DNA of 64,000 nt from an uncultured delta proteobacterium (lineage in GTDB: Bacteria; Myxococcota; Kuafuiibacteriia; Kuafuiibacteriales; Kuafuiibacteriaceae). The stretch spans positions 32,001-96,000 of the forward strand of contig CAWDML010000007.1 of assembly GCA_963803435.1 (NCBI GenBank), read 5' to 3'. A program made the position numbers and the translations under genes. The notes beneath the pieces are model-generated. The model was not told where the DNA came from. It made no database searches and was given only the letters and a program-made list of their open reading frames with translations. Below, in pieces: positions 30,406-39,428 of this stretch; positions within the stretch are counted from its first letter, which is position 1, and each line of letters begins with the position of its first letter.

Positions 30406-31254
30406 CTACTTCCTGACACGCTCGAACTGAGCGGTGAGCCGGGTCAGATCCTTGCGATAGCGCATCGCGCGGAGCACCGCGATCACCGCCATGCCCGCCA
30501 GCAGACCCGCGACGATGACGGCCCCGATGATGATGTTGATGACCTTGCGCTTGTTGCCATCGCAAACGTCGATGTTGAGGACGCGCTCCTTCTTCTGACA
30601 GCCGATCCCCGGATCGATGATCGGCGCCGAGGGCTTGCTTCCGCCCACCATCTCGTTCGTGGTTTGCGACGGGATCATGGCCACGTGGACCTCGTTGGCC
30701 TTAATCTTGGGGAGGCGCGCCTGCACGAACTTCTGCACGTCCTCGGCGGAGATCGGAGGCGGACCGCCGGCGCTGTTCGTCCGGTACTGGAGGATCACCG
30801 ACGCCTTGGGGCGCGGCGGCTCCTCGTTGATGTCCCGGAGTGGATTGTCCGGCGGCAGCGTCACCGAGACCTGGGCATCGACGATGTCGGGGATGGTACG
30901 GAGCGCGTTCATGAGATCGCCCATGATGCCGACCTCGCGCTTGGTCCGCTCTTGCTCGGCGGTCGGGATCATGCCGCTGTTCTGCACCATCGAGGCGCTG
31001 TCCTCCTTGGGCTCCTCCGGGAGGTTGTGCTCTTGGAGGATCCCGAGGGCCTGCGCCTTGTCGTCGACCGCCACCATGATGTTGAAGGCCAGCTCGCGGG
31101 ACTCCTCGTCCTTCACCTTCTGGGCGTCGATGCCGCTGGTCTCGAGCAGCAGCACGATCTTGTTGGCGTTCTTCTCCGTCTGCTTGTGCGCGATGGTCTC
31201 CTGCGCGCAGGAGGCGAGGAGGAGCCCCATCAACAGCAAACCGACGCTTCGCAT
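30406..31254 (-). CDS. sctJ: T3SS inner-membrane ring lipoprotein, SctJ/YscJ family
   Basis: Lipobox LLASC; EKNANKIVLLLETSGIDAQK; HNLP; GMIPTAEQE; IVDAQVSVTLP; KASVILQY; C-terminal TM helix. Confidence 0.85.
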   Translation of the reverse strand: MRSVGLLLMGLLLASCAQETIAHKQTEKNANKIVLLLETSGIDAQKVKDEESRELAFNIMVAVDDKAQALGILQEHNLPEEPKEDSASMVQNSGMIPTAEQERTKREVGIMGDLMNALRTIPDIVDAQVSVTLPPDNPLRDINEEPPRPKASVILQYRTNSAGGPPPISAEDVQKFVQARLPKIKANEVHVAMIPSQTTNEMVGGSKPSAPIIDPGIGCQKKERVLNIDVCDGNKRKVINIIIGAVIVAGLLAGMAVIAVLRAMRYRKDLTRLTAQFERVRK

Positions 31255-31270
31255 CGTTCGATTGAGTATC

Positions 31271-32803
31271 CTAATTGCCGCCTCCCGTCACGGCCGAGCC
31301 GCCCAGCGCAAGGATCGACAGCAGATCCTGGTCGTTGAAGCGGACGCCGGCCCCGACGAAATAGTCGATCGTCCCGATGTTGAACGCGTCGTCCACACCG
31401 GCGTGTAAATAGATGTGCGGGATGATCTCGACCAGGGCCAGCCCTTTGATGCGCGGAAGCCGCGACTCCTCTCCGAACCGGTTCAGGTCGAAGTAGAACT
31501 CCAGTCGGTCGTCCAGGAAGTGGAAGTCGGCTCCCACGCCGCCGGTCCCCTCGATGATCCCGAAGCGGAGACCCAGCCAGTAGAAGCGCTTCCCGAACAG
31601 GAGCGAGAAGCTGAGCTTGTCGCTGGTGGTGGTGCGCCGCTCTCGATACTGAAACGCCCGCCCCAGCTCGGGTGAGGTGGTCTCGACGTCCTCGATCACC
31701 GTCTCGCGGACGCCGCGCGGATCATCGACGACCTCGAAGATGTAGTAGGCGTCCTCCTTGGGCTGCAGCTTGAACTGCACGTAGTTCTTCGCGGCGCCGG
31801 TGCGGAACTGGAACTCGCTCCGCAGGTTCACCCAGGTCTGCATCCGGGCGACGCCGCCGATGACCTTGTTGACGCCCTCGACGGCGTCCTTGATCCCCTC
31901 GTGGATACTGGGATCGTTCACCAGGCCGCCCACGGTGCCCTCACCTTCGTCGATCTTCTGCGTGATCGACGCGATGTTCTCGAGCGAGCGGTTCATGGTG
32001 TCGAGCGTCTGCCGCAGCGACTTCACGCTCTCCTTCAGCTCGTCCTCGTCCTGCCCCGCGATGATCTTCTGCAGGTTCTCGGCGGTGATGCGGAGCGACG
32101 CCGCGATCGCACGCGCGTCCTTGGTGATGGCGGTGATGTCGTTCTCCTTGCCGCGCGAGATCTGAGACAGGTCCTTGGTGAACGACTCGATGTTCGCGAG
32201 GATGCGATCGAGCTTCTGCGTGTTGTCGCCGATGTCCTGCGAAACCACCTCGAGGACGGTGCGTGCCGCAGCCGCCGAGCCCTGCACGTCGCGGACGATC
32301 TGCTCCAACGGTGCCGGCTCCTCGGGCGTTCCTGCGATCATCTTCTTCAGCGCCTGGGACATCTCGCGGACCTCGGCGATCACCGCGTCGACGCTCGAGA
32401 GCGAGATGACGTTCTTGATCTGATCGCCGTCCTTCAGCCGCCGCCGGGAAGAACTCCCGGGCCCCACCGCCAGCTTGTAGTCGCCGAGCAGCGAGATCGA
32501 CACCTTCTCGATCTTCGCGTCCTCGTAGAGGGCCACGTCTCCGTTGATCTCGAGCGTGACCTTGGCCTTGCCCTCGGAGAGCTCGACGTCCTTGATCCTC
32601 CCGATGTCGATGCCGGCGACCTGGACCGGCGACTTCTTCTCGAGGCCGAGGACGTCGTCGAACAGCGCCCACACCTCGTAGCTCCCGGCGCTCGAGATCC
32701 CCTGGGTGGACACGATCTGGAGGAAGACCATGAAGGCGGCGAACGCGCCCGACACCAAGAGGCCCACCTTGAGCGGGGTGACGACCTTACTCTTCTGCGC
32801 CAT
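31271..32803 (-). CDS. mlaD: MCE/MlaD family protein with long helical region and C-terminal beta-rich domain
   Basis: TM helix; FDDVLGLEKKSPVQVAGIDIGRI; SLLGDYKL..GPG; GEGTVGGLVND. Confidence 0.88.
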   Translation of the reverse strand: MAQKSKVVTPLKVGLLVSGAFAAFMVFLQIVSTQGISSAGSYEVWALFDDVLGLEKKSPVQVAGIDIGRIKDVELSEGKAKVTLEINGDVALYEDAKIEKVSISLLGDYKLAVGPGSSSRRRLKDGDQIKNVISLSSVDAVIAEVREMSQALKKMIAGTPEEPAPLEQIVRDVQGSAAAARTVLEVVSQDIGDNTQKLDRILANIESFTKDLSQISRGKENDITAITKDARAIAASLRITAENLQKIIAGQDEDELKESVKSLRQTLDTMNRSLENIASITQKIDEGEGTVGGLVNDPSIHEGIKDAVEGVNKVIGGVARMQTWVNLRSEFQFRTGAAKNYVQFKLQPKEDAYYIFEVVDDPRGVRETVIEDVETTSPELGRAFQYRERRTTTSDKLSFSLLFGKRFYWLGLRFGIIEGTGGVGADFHFLDDRLEFYFDLNRFGEESRLPRIKGLALVEIIPHIYLHAGVDDAFNIGTIDYFVGAGVRFNDQDLLSILALGGSAVTGGGN

Positions 32804-33556
32804 TCAGTTCTTCCTGAACCAGGTCCCCAGGAACTGCTGGACGAAGTCGTGGTCGGACTCTTTGACCGTCGACGGCGGACCGTACGCGACGATCTCTCCC
32901 TCGTACAGGAAGGCGATGTAGTCGGCGATGTTGAAGGTCGACGCGATGTCGTGGCTGATGACGACGCTGGTGACCGAGAGCTTCTCCTTGGCGCGCTTGA
33001 TCATCTCGTCCACGTAGTCGGTCGTGATCGGATCGAGGCCGGTGGTCGGCTCGTCGTAGAGCACGATCTTCGGATCGAGGATGATGGCGCGGGCCAGGCC
33101 GACGCGCTTCCTCATGCCGCCGGAGAGGTCGGACGGAAACTTCTCTTCGATGCCCTCCAGGCCGAACAGCGCCAGCTTCTCGGCGACCAGCTTCTCGATC
33201 TCCGGCTCGGTCAGCTCCTTCCGGTGCTCCCTGAGCGGGAAGGCCACGTTCTCCAGCACGGTCATCGAGTCGAACAGCGCCGCCCATTGGAACACCATGC
33301 CGAACTTGGAGCGGACCTTGTTCATCTCGGCGCCGCCGAGGGACGTGATGTCCTGGCCGTCGACGATCACCTTGCCCTCGTCGGGGGCCAAGAGCCCGAT
33401 CAGGTGCTTCATCAGCACGCTCTTGCCGCTCCCCGACCCACCCAGGATGACCGTGGTGGTACCGACCGGAAACTCGAGCGTGATCCCGCGGAGCACATGA
33501 TTGTCGCCGAAGCTCTTGTGGAGCTGCTCGGTCCGGATGATGGGCGCCTCGCTCAT
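32804..33556 (-). CDS. mlaF: MlaF family ABC ATPase
   Basis: Starts MSEAPII; GGSGSGKS, ALFDSMTV, LSGGMRKRVGLAR, YDEPTTGLDP. Confidence 0.92.
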   Translation of the reverse strand: MSEAPIIRTEQLHKSFGDNHVLRGITLEFPVGTTTVILGGSGSGKSVLMKHLIGLLAPDEGKVIVDGQDITSLGGAEMNKVRSKFGMVFQWAALFDSMTVLENVAFPLREHRKELTEPEIEKLVAEKLALFGLEGIEEKFPSDLSGGMRKRVGLARAIILDPKIVLYDEPTTGLDPITTDYVDEMIKRAKEKLSVTSVVISHDIASTFNIADYIAFLYEGEIVAYGPPSTVKESDHDFVQQFLGTWFRKN

Positions 33557-34392
33557 CAATCCACCACCAGGAGCAAAAGGCTCGTGAGGATGTAGTCCAA
33601 CACCAGGATCGTCACGGAGCTGCTCACGACGGTTCGCGTCGCCGCCAGCCCCACGCCGCGTGAGCCCCCGCTCGCGTTCATCCCCTTCTGACAGGCGATC
33701 AGCGCCATTGCGAAGCCAAAGATGGCCGACTTGAAGAGCCCGCCGGCGAGATCGCTGAAGTCGACGATCTGATGGATCCGGCCCATGAACGTGCCCTGAT
33801 TGATGTTCGCCTGGAACACGGAGATCACGAATGCGCCCAGAAAACCCACCATGTTGAACAGCATGGTGAGCAGCGGCATCACGAGCGTCATCGCGACCAC
33901 GCGCGGCACCACCAGGTACTGGATCGGCGAGACCGCCATCGTGGAGAGCGCATCGATCTGCTCGGTGACGCGCATCGTCCCGATCTCGGTGGCGATGGCC
34001 GAGCCCGCACGCCCCGTCACCATCAAGGCCGTCAGCACCGGCGCGAGCTCCCGGCAGAGCGAGATCACCACGGTGGCCCCGACCAGGGACTCGGCGTTGA
34101 ACTTGGCGAACGCGAACGAGGACTGCAGCGCGAACACCAACCCGGCGAAGAGGCCGGTCAGGAGGACGATGAACAGCGACCCCACGCCGATGAACTCGCA
34201 CTGTTGCAGGATCAGCGTGGCGCGGAGCGGTGGCTTGAAGAGCCACTTCATCGCGTCGAACGACAGCATCGCGGTCTCACCGATCTCGGTGAAGGCGTCG
34301 ATGATCGCCTGGCCGATCGACTCGAACGGCGCGCGCGCGAGCTCATCGAGGGCCGACGGCGCCTTCTGCTCTTCGGCGGGACTCGCGCCCAC
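33556..34392 (-). CDS. mlaE: MlaE family ABC permease
   Basis: RELAPVLTALMVTGRAGSAIATEIGTMRVTEQIDAL, GVGLAATRTVV. Confidence 0.93.
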   Translation of the reverse strand: MGASPAEEQKAPSALDELARAPFESIGQAIIDAFTEIGETAMLSFDAMKWLFKPPLRATLILQQCEFIGVGSLFIVLLTGLFAGLVFALQSSFAFAKFNAESLVGATVVISLCRELAPVLTALMVTGRAGSAIATEIGTMRVTEQIDALSTMAVSPIQYLVVPRVVAMTLVMPLLTMLFNMVGFLGAFVISVFQANINQGTFMGRIHQIVDFSDLAGGLFKSAIFGFAMALIACQKGMNASGGSRGVGLAATRTVVSSSVTILVLDYILTSLLLLVVD

Positions 34393-34510
34393 AGGGGCAG
34401 GCTATCCAGCGGCCGGCGAACGATCCAATTCCCGTGCCGATGACGGTCATCACAGGCCTTTTCTGCGCGGCGAGCCCTGGTAACCCCGACGGGCGCCTCC
34501 GGAGCCCGGC

Positions 34511-36118
34511 ATGTACGATGCGGCGGGATCGATGGCGTCGGACAAGAGCGATCGGATCATCGGGATCGATCTGGGAATGACCTCGGTGATCGCGGCGTAC
34601 GTGCCGGGTCCAGGACAGCCTCCCAAGGTCATTCCGGCGGAGAAGGGCCTCCCCACGCTGGCTTCGGTCGTCGCCTTCAAGGAGGGCGGACGGCCGGTGG
34701 TCGGGCGCGCCGCCCACGACATGCTGACCACCGCGCCCAGCCAGACGGTCACCGGGATCAAGCGGCTTTTGGGCCGAAAGGCCAAGTCGCAGGCGGTCAA
34801 GGACCTGGCGGCGCGGGTCGGCTTCAAGATCGTCGACGGCAAGAACGGTGAGGCGGCGGTCCAGATCCACGATCGCGACATCCGCGTCCCCGAGGTGGCC
34901 GGCATCCTGCTGGATCAGGTGCGTCGCTTCTCGGAGAAACATCTGAACGAGCAGGTCCGGCACGCGGTGATCGCGGTGCCCGCCTACTTCAACGACGTCC
35001 AGAAGGCGGCGGTGAAGGAGGCCGGCGAGCTCGCCGGGCTCAAGGTGCGCAAGCTGGTCCACGAGCCCACCGCCGTCGCCCTCGCCTATGGCTACAACAA
35101 GGGCGGCGACGCCCGCATCGTCATCGTCGACGTGGGTGGGATCCGGCTCGACGTCTCGGTCATGGAGATCGCAGGCAACGTGTTCGACGTGGTCGCGACC
35201 GGCGGCGATCCATACCTCGGCGGCAGCAACGTCGACGCGCGCGTGGCCGAGTGGATCCTCCACAACATCAAGAAGAAGCACGGCCGCGATCTGGCTGCGG
35301 AGCCCCGGCTCCTCCAGAAGGTCCGGACCGCCGCCGAGCAGGCCAAGCGCGAGCTGTCCCGCTGCAAGGCGGTCGACCTCCAGATCCCTCTGACCGTCGG
35401 CACCAAGGACAAGAAGGCCAAGCTCGGCCTGCTGCGGCTGCACCTCTCCACCGTGGAGGAGCTGGGTGAGGACATCGTCAAGCGCGTCCTCGAGACCATC
35501 AAGCGCACGCTCGCCGACCGCGGCCTCAAGGTCTCCGACATCGACGACGTCATCCTCGTCGGCGGCGCCACCCGCATGCCGATGCTGCGCCGCCGCGTCG
35601 AGTCGATGTTCAACAAGGAGGCCCGCTTCAACCTCCCCCCCGAGGAAGTCGTGTCGCTCGGCGCCGCGCTCCTCGCCGACAGCCTCCGCCGCGACAAGAC
35701 CTCCTCGGTCGACGTGGCCAAGGAGCCGATCGGCATCGCGCTCGCAGACGGCCGCTACATGCGGATCATCGACAAGGACAGCAAGCTGCCGATCACGCGC
35801 CGCGTGATGATCCCGACGGTCCGCGACAACCAGCGGACGCTCGAGCTCGACATCTTCGAGGGCGACTCAGAGGACATCATCGACACCGAGTATCTGGGCA
35901 CGATCGTCTACGGCCAGGTCGAGGAGGCGAAGGCCGGCGAAGCCAAGGTCGTCGTCGACATGTCGCTCGATCCGGATCGCCTGCTCAAGATCTCCTCCCC
36001 CGAGCCCGGCCGCGAGGGCGAGGCGTTCGAGTTCAAGACCAAGGGGCACAAGGCGCGGAAGAAGGGGAAAAAGCTGAAGCCGTTCTTCACCGAAGCGAAG
36101 GAAGTGAACCGCGCCTGA
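34511..36118 (+). CDS. Atypical Hsp70/DnaK paralog
   Basis: IIGIDLG, VPAYFND.Q, EPTAVALAYG, GD.YLGG, AEQAKRELS, LVGGATRMP; no helical lid. Confidence 0.88.
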   Translation: MYDAAGSMASDKSDRIIGIDLGMTSVIAAYVPGPGQPPKVIPAEKGLPTLASVVAFKEGGRPVVGRAAHDMLTTAPSQTVTGIKRLLGRKAKSQAVKDLAARVGFKIVDGKNGEAAVQIHDRDIRVPEVAGILLDQVRRFSEKHLNEQVRHAVIAVPAYFNDVQKAAVKEAGELAGLKVRKLVHEPTAVALAYGYNKGGDARIVIVDVGGIRLDVSVMEIAGNVFDVVATGGDPYLGGSNVDARVAEWILHNIKKKHGRDLAAEPRLLQKVRTAAEQAKRELSRCKAVDLQIPLTVGTKDKKAKLGLLRLHLSTVEELGEDIVKRVLETIKRTLADRGLKVSDIDDVILVGGATRMPMLRRRVESMFNKEARFNLPPEEVVSLGAALLADSLRRDKTSSVDVAKEPIGIALADGRYMRIIDKDSKLPITRRVMIPTVRDNQRTLELDIFEGDSEDIIDTEYLGTIVYGQVEEAKAGEAKVVVDMSLDPDRLLKISSPEPGREGEAFEFKTKGHKARKKGKKLKPFFTEAKEVNRA

Positions 36119-36183
36119 CGAGGTGTCCGCTGCGAAGCTCGAGCTCGGCAACGCACACATCCGCGACCCGCTACCACGGGCCC

Positions 36184-36211
36184 GGGACAGACCGGGACCG
36201 GGTCTGATCCC
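36184..36211. other. Short GC-rich hairpin between convergent genes (terminator-like, or repeat remnant)
   Basis: GGGACAGACC ... GGTCTGATCCC with a GGGACC core. Confidence 0.35.
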
Positions 36212-36292
36212 TTAAACTAAGAGCCGGTCCAGAAACCGTTCCGTTCGCAGTTTGCTGTTTCGTCGTTCTGTCATTCGCTGTTCGATCCGGCG

Positions 36293-36645
36293 ATGAAGGG
36301 CGATGACATGCAGAACGACTGCTCAAGTTTGCGAAGCGTGTACTTCGGCTTTGCCGCGAGTTCCCAACGACTTTGCCGGCAAGCACGTTGTCCGACAGCT
36401 GATCCGGTGTTCATCCGGAGGTGGTGCGAATGACGAGGAAGCGCGTGGCGGCGAGAGCCTTGCCGACTTCATCCACAAGATGGCGGTCGCTCGCAAGGAG
36501 ATCCGCGAGTCGCTGTACTGGTTGCCTCTTGCCGATCCGGAGCTGATGCAGGGAGCGGAGATCGCTTCGCTGATCCGAGAGGCCAACGAACTCTCCGCGA
36601 TTCTGACGAGCTCCATCAAGACGGCGAAGGCTCGATCAGGGAAGT
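36293..36645 (+). pseudogene. Four-helix-bundle protein (23S rRNA IVP/Avd-like), frameshifted
   Basis: Reconstructed MKGDD.AERLLKFAKRVLRLCRE.PNDFAGKHVVRQLIRCSSGGGANDEEARGGESLADFIHKMAVARKEIRESLYWL...EANELSAILTSSIKTAK; two 1-nt losses near the 5' end. Confidence 0.85.
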
Positions 36646-37437
36646 CATCGAGCCTGCTGGAACGCGATGATCGCGCACGCAAGATGAACCAGCCCGAGAT
36701 ACCGCGATCCCGTTCGTTCCCACCGCACGAGTCATGCGCGGAACTGGTTGTGCCAAGCGTTCGTGCGCTCGACAACCCAGCGCCGCGGCTTACCGCGGAC
36801 ACAGCCAGCGAGTGCAGGCTCGCCGCGGCGGCGGATAGGCGGTTTGATCCGGCGCGCTCGAATGGCGGCCTCGACATCCGCGTAGTCGTAGCCTTTATCC
36901 AGGCAGAGGTGCTCCGGCCGTCGTGGACCGCGGGAGCCCCGTAGGACGACGCCGTCGAGCGTCTGCTCCACAAGCCACTTGTCGTGCACGTTCGCGCCTG
37001 AGAGCTCGACCGCCAACGGAACACCACGACCATCCGTGAGCACGTGACGCTTCACGCCTCGCTTGGCTCGATCCGTCGGGTTCGGACCGGTCAGGTCCCC
37101 CCTTTTGGAGCCTTGACGATCGCGCTGTCGAGTGAAGTCCACTTCCACTGTATGCCGCGCCTCCTGTCGTAGTACCGCAGCAGCTCAGCGAAGATCGCGG
37201 TGAAGATCCCTGCTGCGCACCATGCCGCGAATCGACTGTGGCACGTCGAACCGGAGCTGAACTCGCGCGGCAGGGCCTTCCACTGGCACCCTGTCCGAAG
37301 GCGATAGACGATACCTGCCATCACGACGCGATCCGCAACCCGCGGGCGACCTCCCCGCGGCCTTGGACCTCGCTTCGGGAGTCACGGCTCAATGCGTTTC
37401 CAAAGGCGTCCGGAAGACTTGCGAATCTTGCCTGCAT
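36645..37437 (-). pseudogene. IS5-family (IS427-like, two-ORF) transposase, degenerate
   Basis: LRTGCQWKALPREF, DSAIVKAPKGG / TGPNPTDRAKRGVKRHVLTDGRGVPL, DKGYD, RWVVERT. AAAAGGGGGG slippery site at 37097-37106. In-frame stops near both ends. Confidence 0.9.
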
Positions 37438-37557
37438 CGACTCTGCAGAACACTCGATCGAGCACGATGCAACAACGGCCGCTTTGAATAGCGAATGAGC
37501 AGAACGAGCGAAACAGGAAACGCGGAACGGTCCGGAGGTTTTCGGACCGGCTCTAAA

Positions 37558-38253
37558 CTAAGGATTGTTCTGCGCGTTGGCGACTTCGCCGGCGAACTTG
37601 CGTGAGAGGAGGATCTCCCGCCCGCGCATCTCGACGAAGCCGCGCTTCTGGAACTCGCTCAACACGCGGCTCACGGTCTCGCGGCTGGTACCGATCATCG
37701 ATGCGATGTCCTGCTGCGTCGGACGCTCGCGGATGAGGATGCCCTCCTCCACCTCCTCGCCGTCTTTCTTGGCGAGGTCGATCATGATGTGCGCGACGCG
37801 GCCGTAGACGTCGAGCGTCGCCAGGTTGCCGATGATCTCGTCGGCGCGGCGCAGCCGGCGGGAGAGCTCGGCCATGACGTTGAGGGCGGTGGTGGGGCTG
37901 TTCTTGATGTGGTCCGCGAACTGGTCGCGCTTGAGGACCAGCACCTGCGAGTCTTCGTGCGCGATGACGTTGGCGGAGCGCGGCAGATCGTCGAGGAGTG
38001 CCATCTCACCAAAGAACTCGCCGGACTTCAGAAGCGTAAGGATCACCTCTCGGCCGTTGTCTCCGTACAGCACGACCTTCACGCGGCCCTTGGCGATGAT
38101 GAACATGGCGTCGCCGGGCTCGTCCTGCGTGACGATGTGGGTGTCCTTCGGGCAGTCCCGCGGAGAGAGAAGGCTGGCGACCTTTCCCAGCTCCTCGTCG
38201 GAGACGTTCTGGAACAGCGAGACCTTTTTGAGCAGCTCGACGTACGGGCTCAT
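37558..38253 (-). CDS. Crp/Fnr family transcriptional regulator
   Basis: FFGEMALLDDLPRSA cNMP-binding motif; HTH TQQDIASMIGTSRETVSRVL. Confidence 0.95.
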   Translation of the reverse strand: MSPYVELLKKVSLFQNVSDEELGKVASLLSPRDCPKDTHIVTQDEPGDAMFIIAKGRVKVVLYGDNGREVILTLLKSGEFFGEMALLDDLPRSANVIAHEDSQVLVLKRDQFADHIKNSPTTALNVMAELSRRLRRADEIIGNLATLDVYGRVAHIMIDLAKKDGEEVEEGILIRERPTQQDIASMIGTSRETVSRVLSEFQKRGFVEMRGREILLSRKFAGEVANAQNNP

Positions 38254-38264
38254 ATGCTGAGCGG

Positions 38265-38293
38265 GTTATCCCAACGAACGACGGTGAGGTCAA
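38265..38293 (-). promoter_or_regulatory. Putative sigma70 promoter of the crp-like gene
   Basis: TTGACC-N17-GATAAC on the minus strand, just upstream of ATG 38253. Confidence 0.45.
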
Positions 38294-38306
38294 TTCCGTT
38301 GCCGGA

Positions 38307-39428
38307 TCAGTCGAACAAATCGTCGAGGGCCCGCTGGAAGTCGCGCACCTTCGGCTGCGCGTCCGGCTCCTCGAGGCTTTGAAACTCCTCGATCAGGTCC
38401 TTCTGTGCCTGCGTGAGGTAGGTGGGCATCTCGACCACCACTCGGACCCGCTGATCGCCCCGGCCCCGTCCGTCGAGCGCCGGGAAGCCCTTTCCCTTGA
38501 GCCGGAACACGCGCCCCGACTGCGATCCGGGCGGGATCCGCATCCGCACCTTGCCCTCGAGCGTCGGCACCTCGATGTGCCCACCGAGGAGCGCGGTGGA
38601 CAGCGTGATCGGGACCTCCGTGACCACGTCGTCCTCTTCACGCTCGAACAGCGGGTGTGGCTTCACGTCGATGACGACGATCAGATCGCCCGCTGGCCCG
38701 CCGCCCGATCCTCGGCCGCCTTCACCGCGGATCTTGAGGCGCGTGCCGGAGCTGACGCCCGAGGGGACGCGCACGGAGATCGTCCGCTCGGAGTCCCTCC
38801 AGCCGCGACCGCCGCACTCGCGGCAGTTCTGCGGGATCAGCTTTCCCGAACCGCCGCAGCCCGGGCAGCGGGACGACACGTCGAAGAAGCCTTGCTGCTC
38901 CTTGATGGTGCCCGAGCCGCCGCACCGTTGGCAGATCGTCGGGACGGTGCCCTGCTCGGCGCCCGTCCCGCCGCAGCGCTGGCAGCGCTCCTGCTGCGGC
39001 ACCGAGATGAGCTTCTCGGTGCCGAGCGCCGCCTCCTCGAACTCGAGCTCGAGCTCGTAGCGGAAGTCGTCGCCTCGCTCCTGGTAACGACCGGACCTGC
39101 GCTGGGGCTCGGGGACCGAGTCGCCGCGCGTGCGCTCCTTGGCCTTCTTGCGGTTGGTGCCGAAGAGGTCGCCGAACAGGTCGGAAGCGTCGTCGCTGCT
39201 CTTGATCCCCCTGCTCCGGCTCTCGGAGCGATCGTACTGCGCGCGAAGGTCGGAGTCGCCGAGCACACGGTACGCCTCGGCCGCTTGCTTGAACCGGTTC
39301 TCGGCGTCGGCGTTGCCGGGGTTCTTGTCGGGGTGATACTTGCGCGCGAGCGCTCGATAGGCCCGCTTGATCTCCTCCTGCGTCGCGTCCTTCGCCACGC
39401 CGAGCGCCGCGTAGAAGTCGTCGCTCAC
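38307..39428 (-). CDS. dnaJ: DnaJ (class A) chaperone
   Basis: GTG start (MSDDFYAALG); YHPDKN; four CxxCxGxG motifs; C-terminal domain. Confidence 0.93.
   Translation of the reverse strand: MSDDFYAALGVAKDATQEEIKRAYRALARKYHPDKNPGNADAENRFKQAAEAYRVLGDSDLRAQYDRSESRSRGIKSSDDASDLFGDLFGTNRKKAKERTRGDSVPEPQRRSGRYQERGDDFRYELELEFEEAALGTEKLISVPQQERCQRCGGTGAEQGTVPTICQRCGGSGTIKEQQGFFDVSSRCPGCGGSGKLIPQNCRECGGRGWRDSERTISVRVPSGVSSGTRLKIRGEGGRGSGGGPAGDLIVVIDVKPHPLFEREEDDVVTEVPITLSTALLGGHIEVPTLEGKVRMRIPPGSQSGRVFRLKGKGFPALDGRGRGDQRVRVVVEMPTYLTQAQKDLIEEFQSLEEPDAQPKVRDFQRALDDLFD

Larger units (their letters stand above)
36221..37553. mobile_element. Decayed IS5-family element with four-helix-bundle passenger and long imperfect terminal inverted repeats
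   Basis: Ends GAGCCGGTCC (36221) and GGACCGGCTC (37553). Inverted similarity extends to ~36283 and ~37486 (CTGTTTCG.TCGTTCTG.TCATTCGCT). TAAACTAA is duplicated at 36213-36220 and 37554-37561. Confidence 0.88.

Noticed and set aside
29280-31254. Complete T3SS or flagellar locus
   Set aside because: Only sctJ and a fliG-like gene; no export apparatus, ATPase or secretin in the window
32804-34246. 480-aa extended MlaF, and similar N-terminal extensions of dnaJ, trmH, SPFH and HAD in the ORF track
   Set aside because: The extensions overlap upstream genes out of frame; true starts are internal (33556, 39428, 40168, 49858, 43993)
36293-36645. Diversity-generating retroelement (Avd-like gene)
   Set aside because: No reverse transcriptase and no TR/VR pair seen in the window
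37558-38253. Developmental regulator MrpC
   Set aside because: Has a canonical cNMP-binding motif and no adjacent mrpAB; called generic Crp/Fnr
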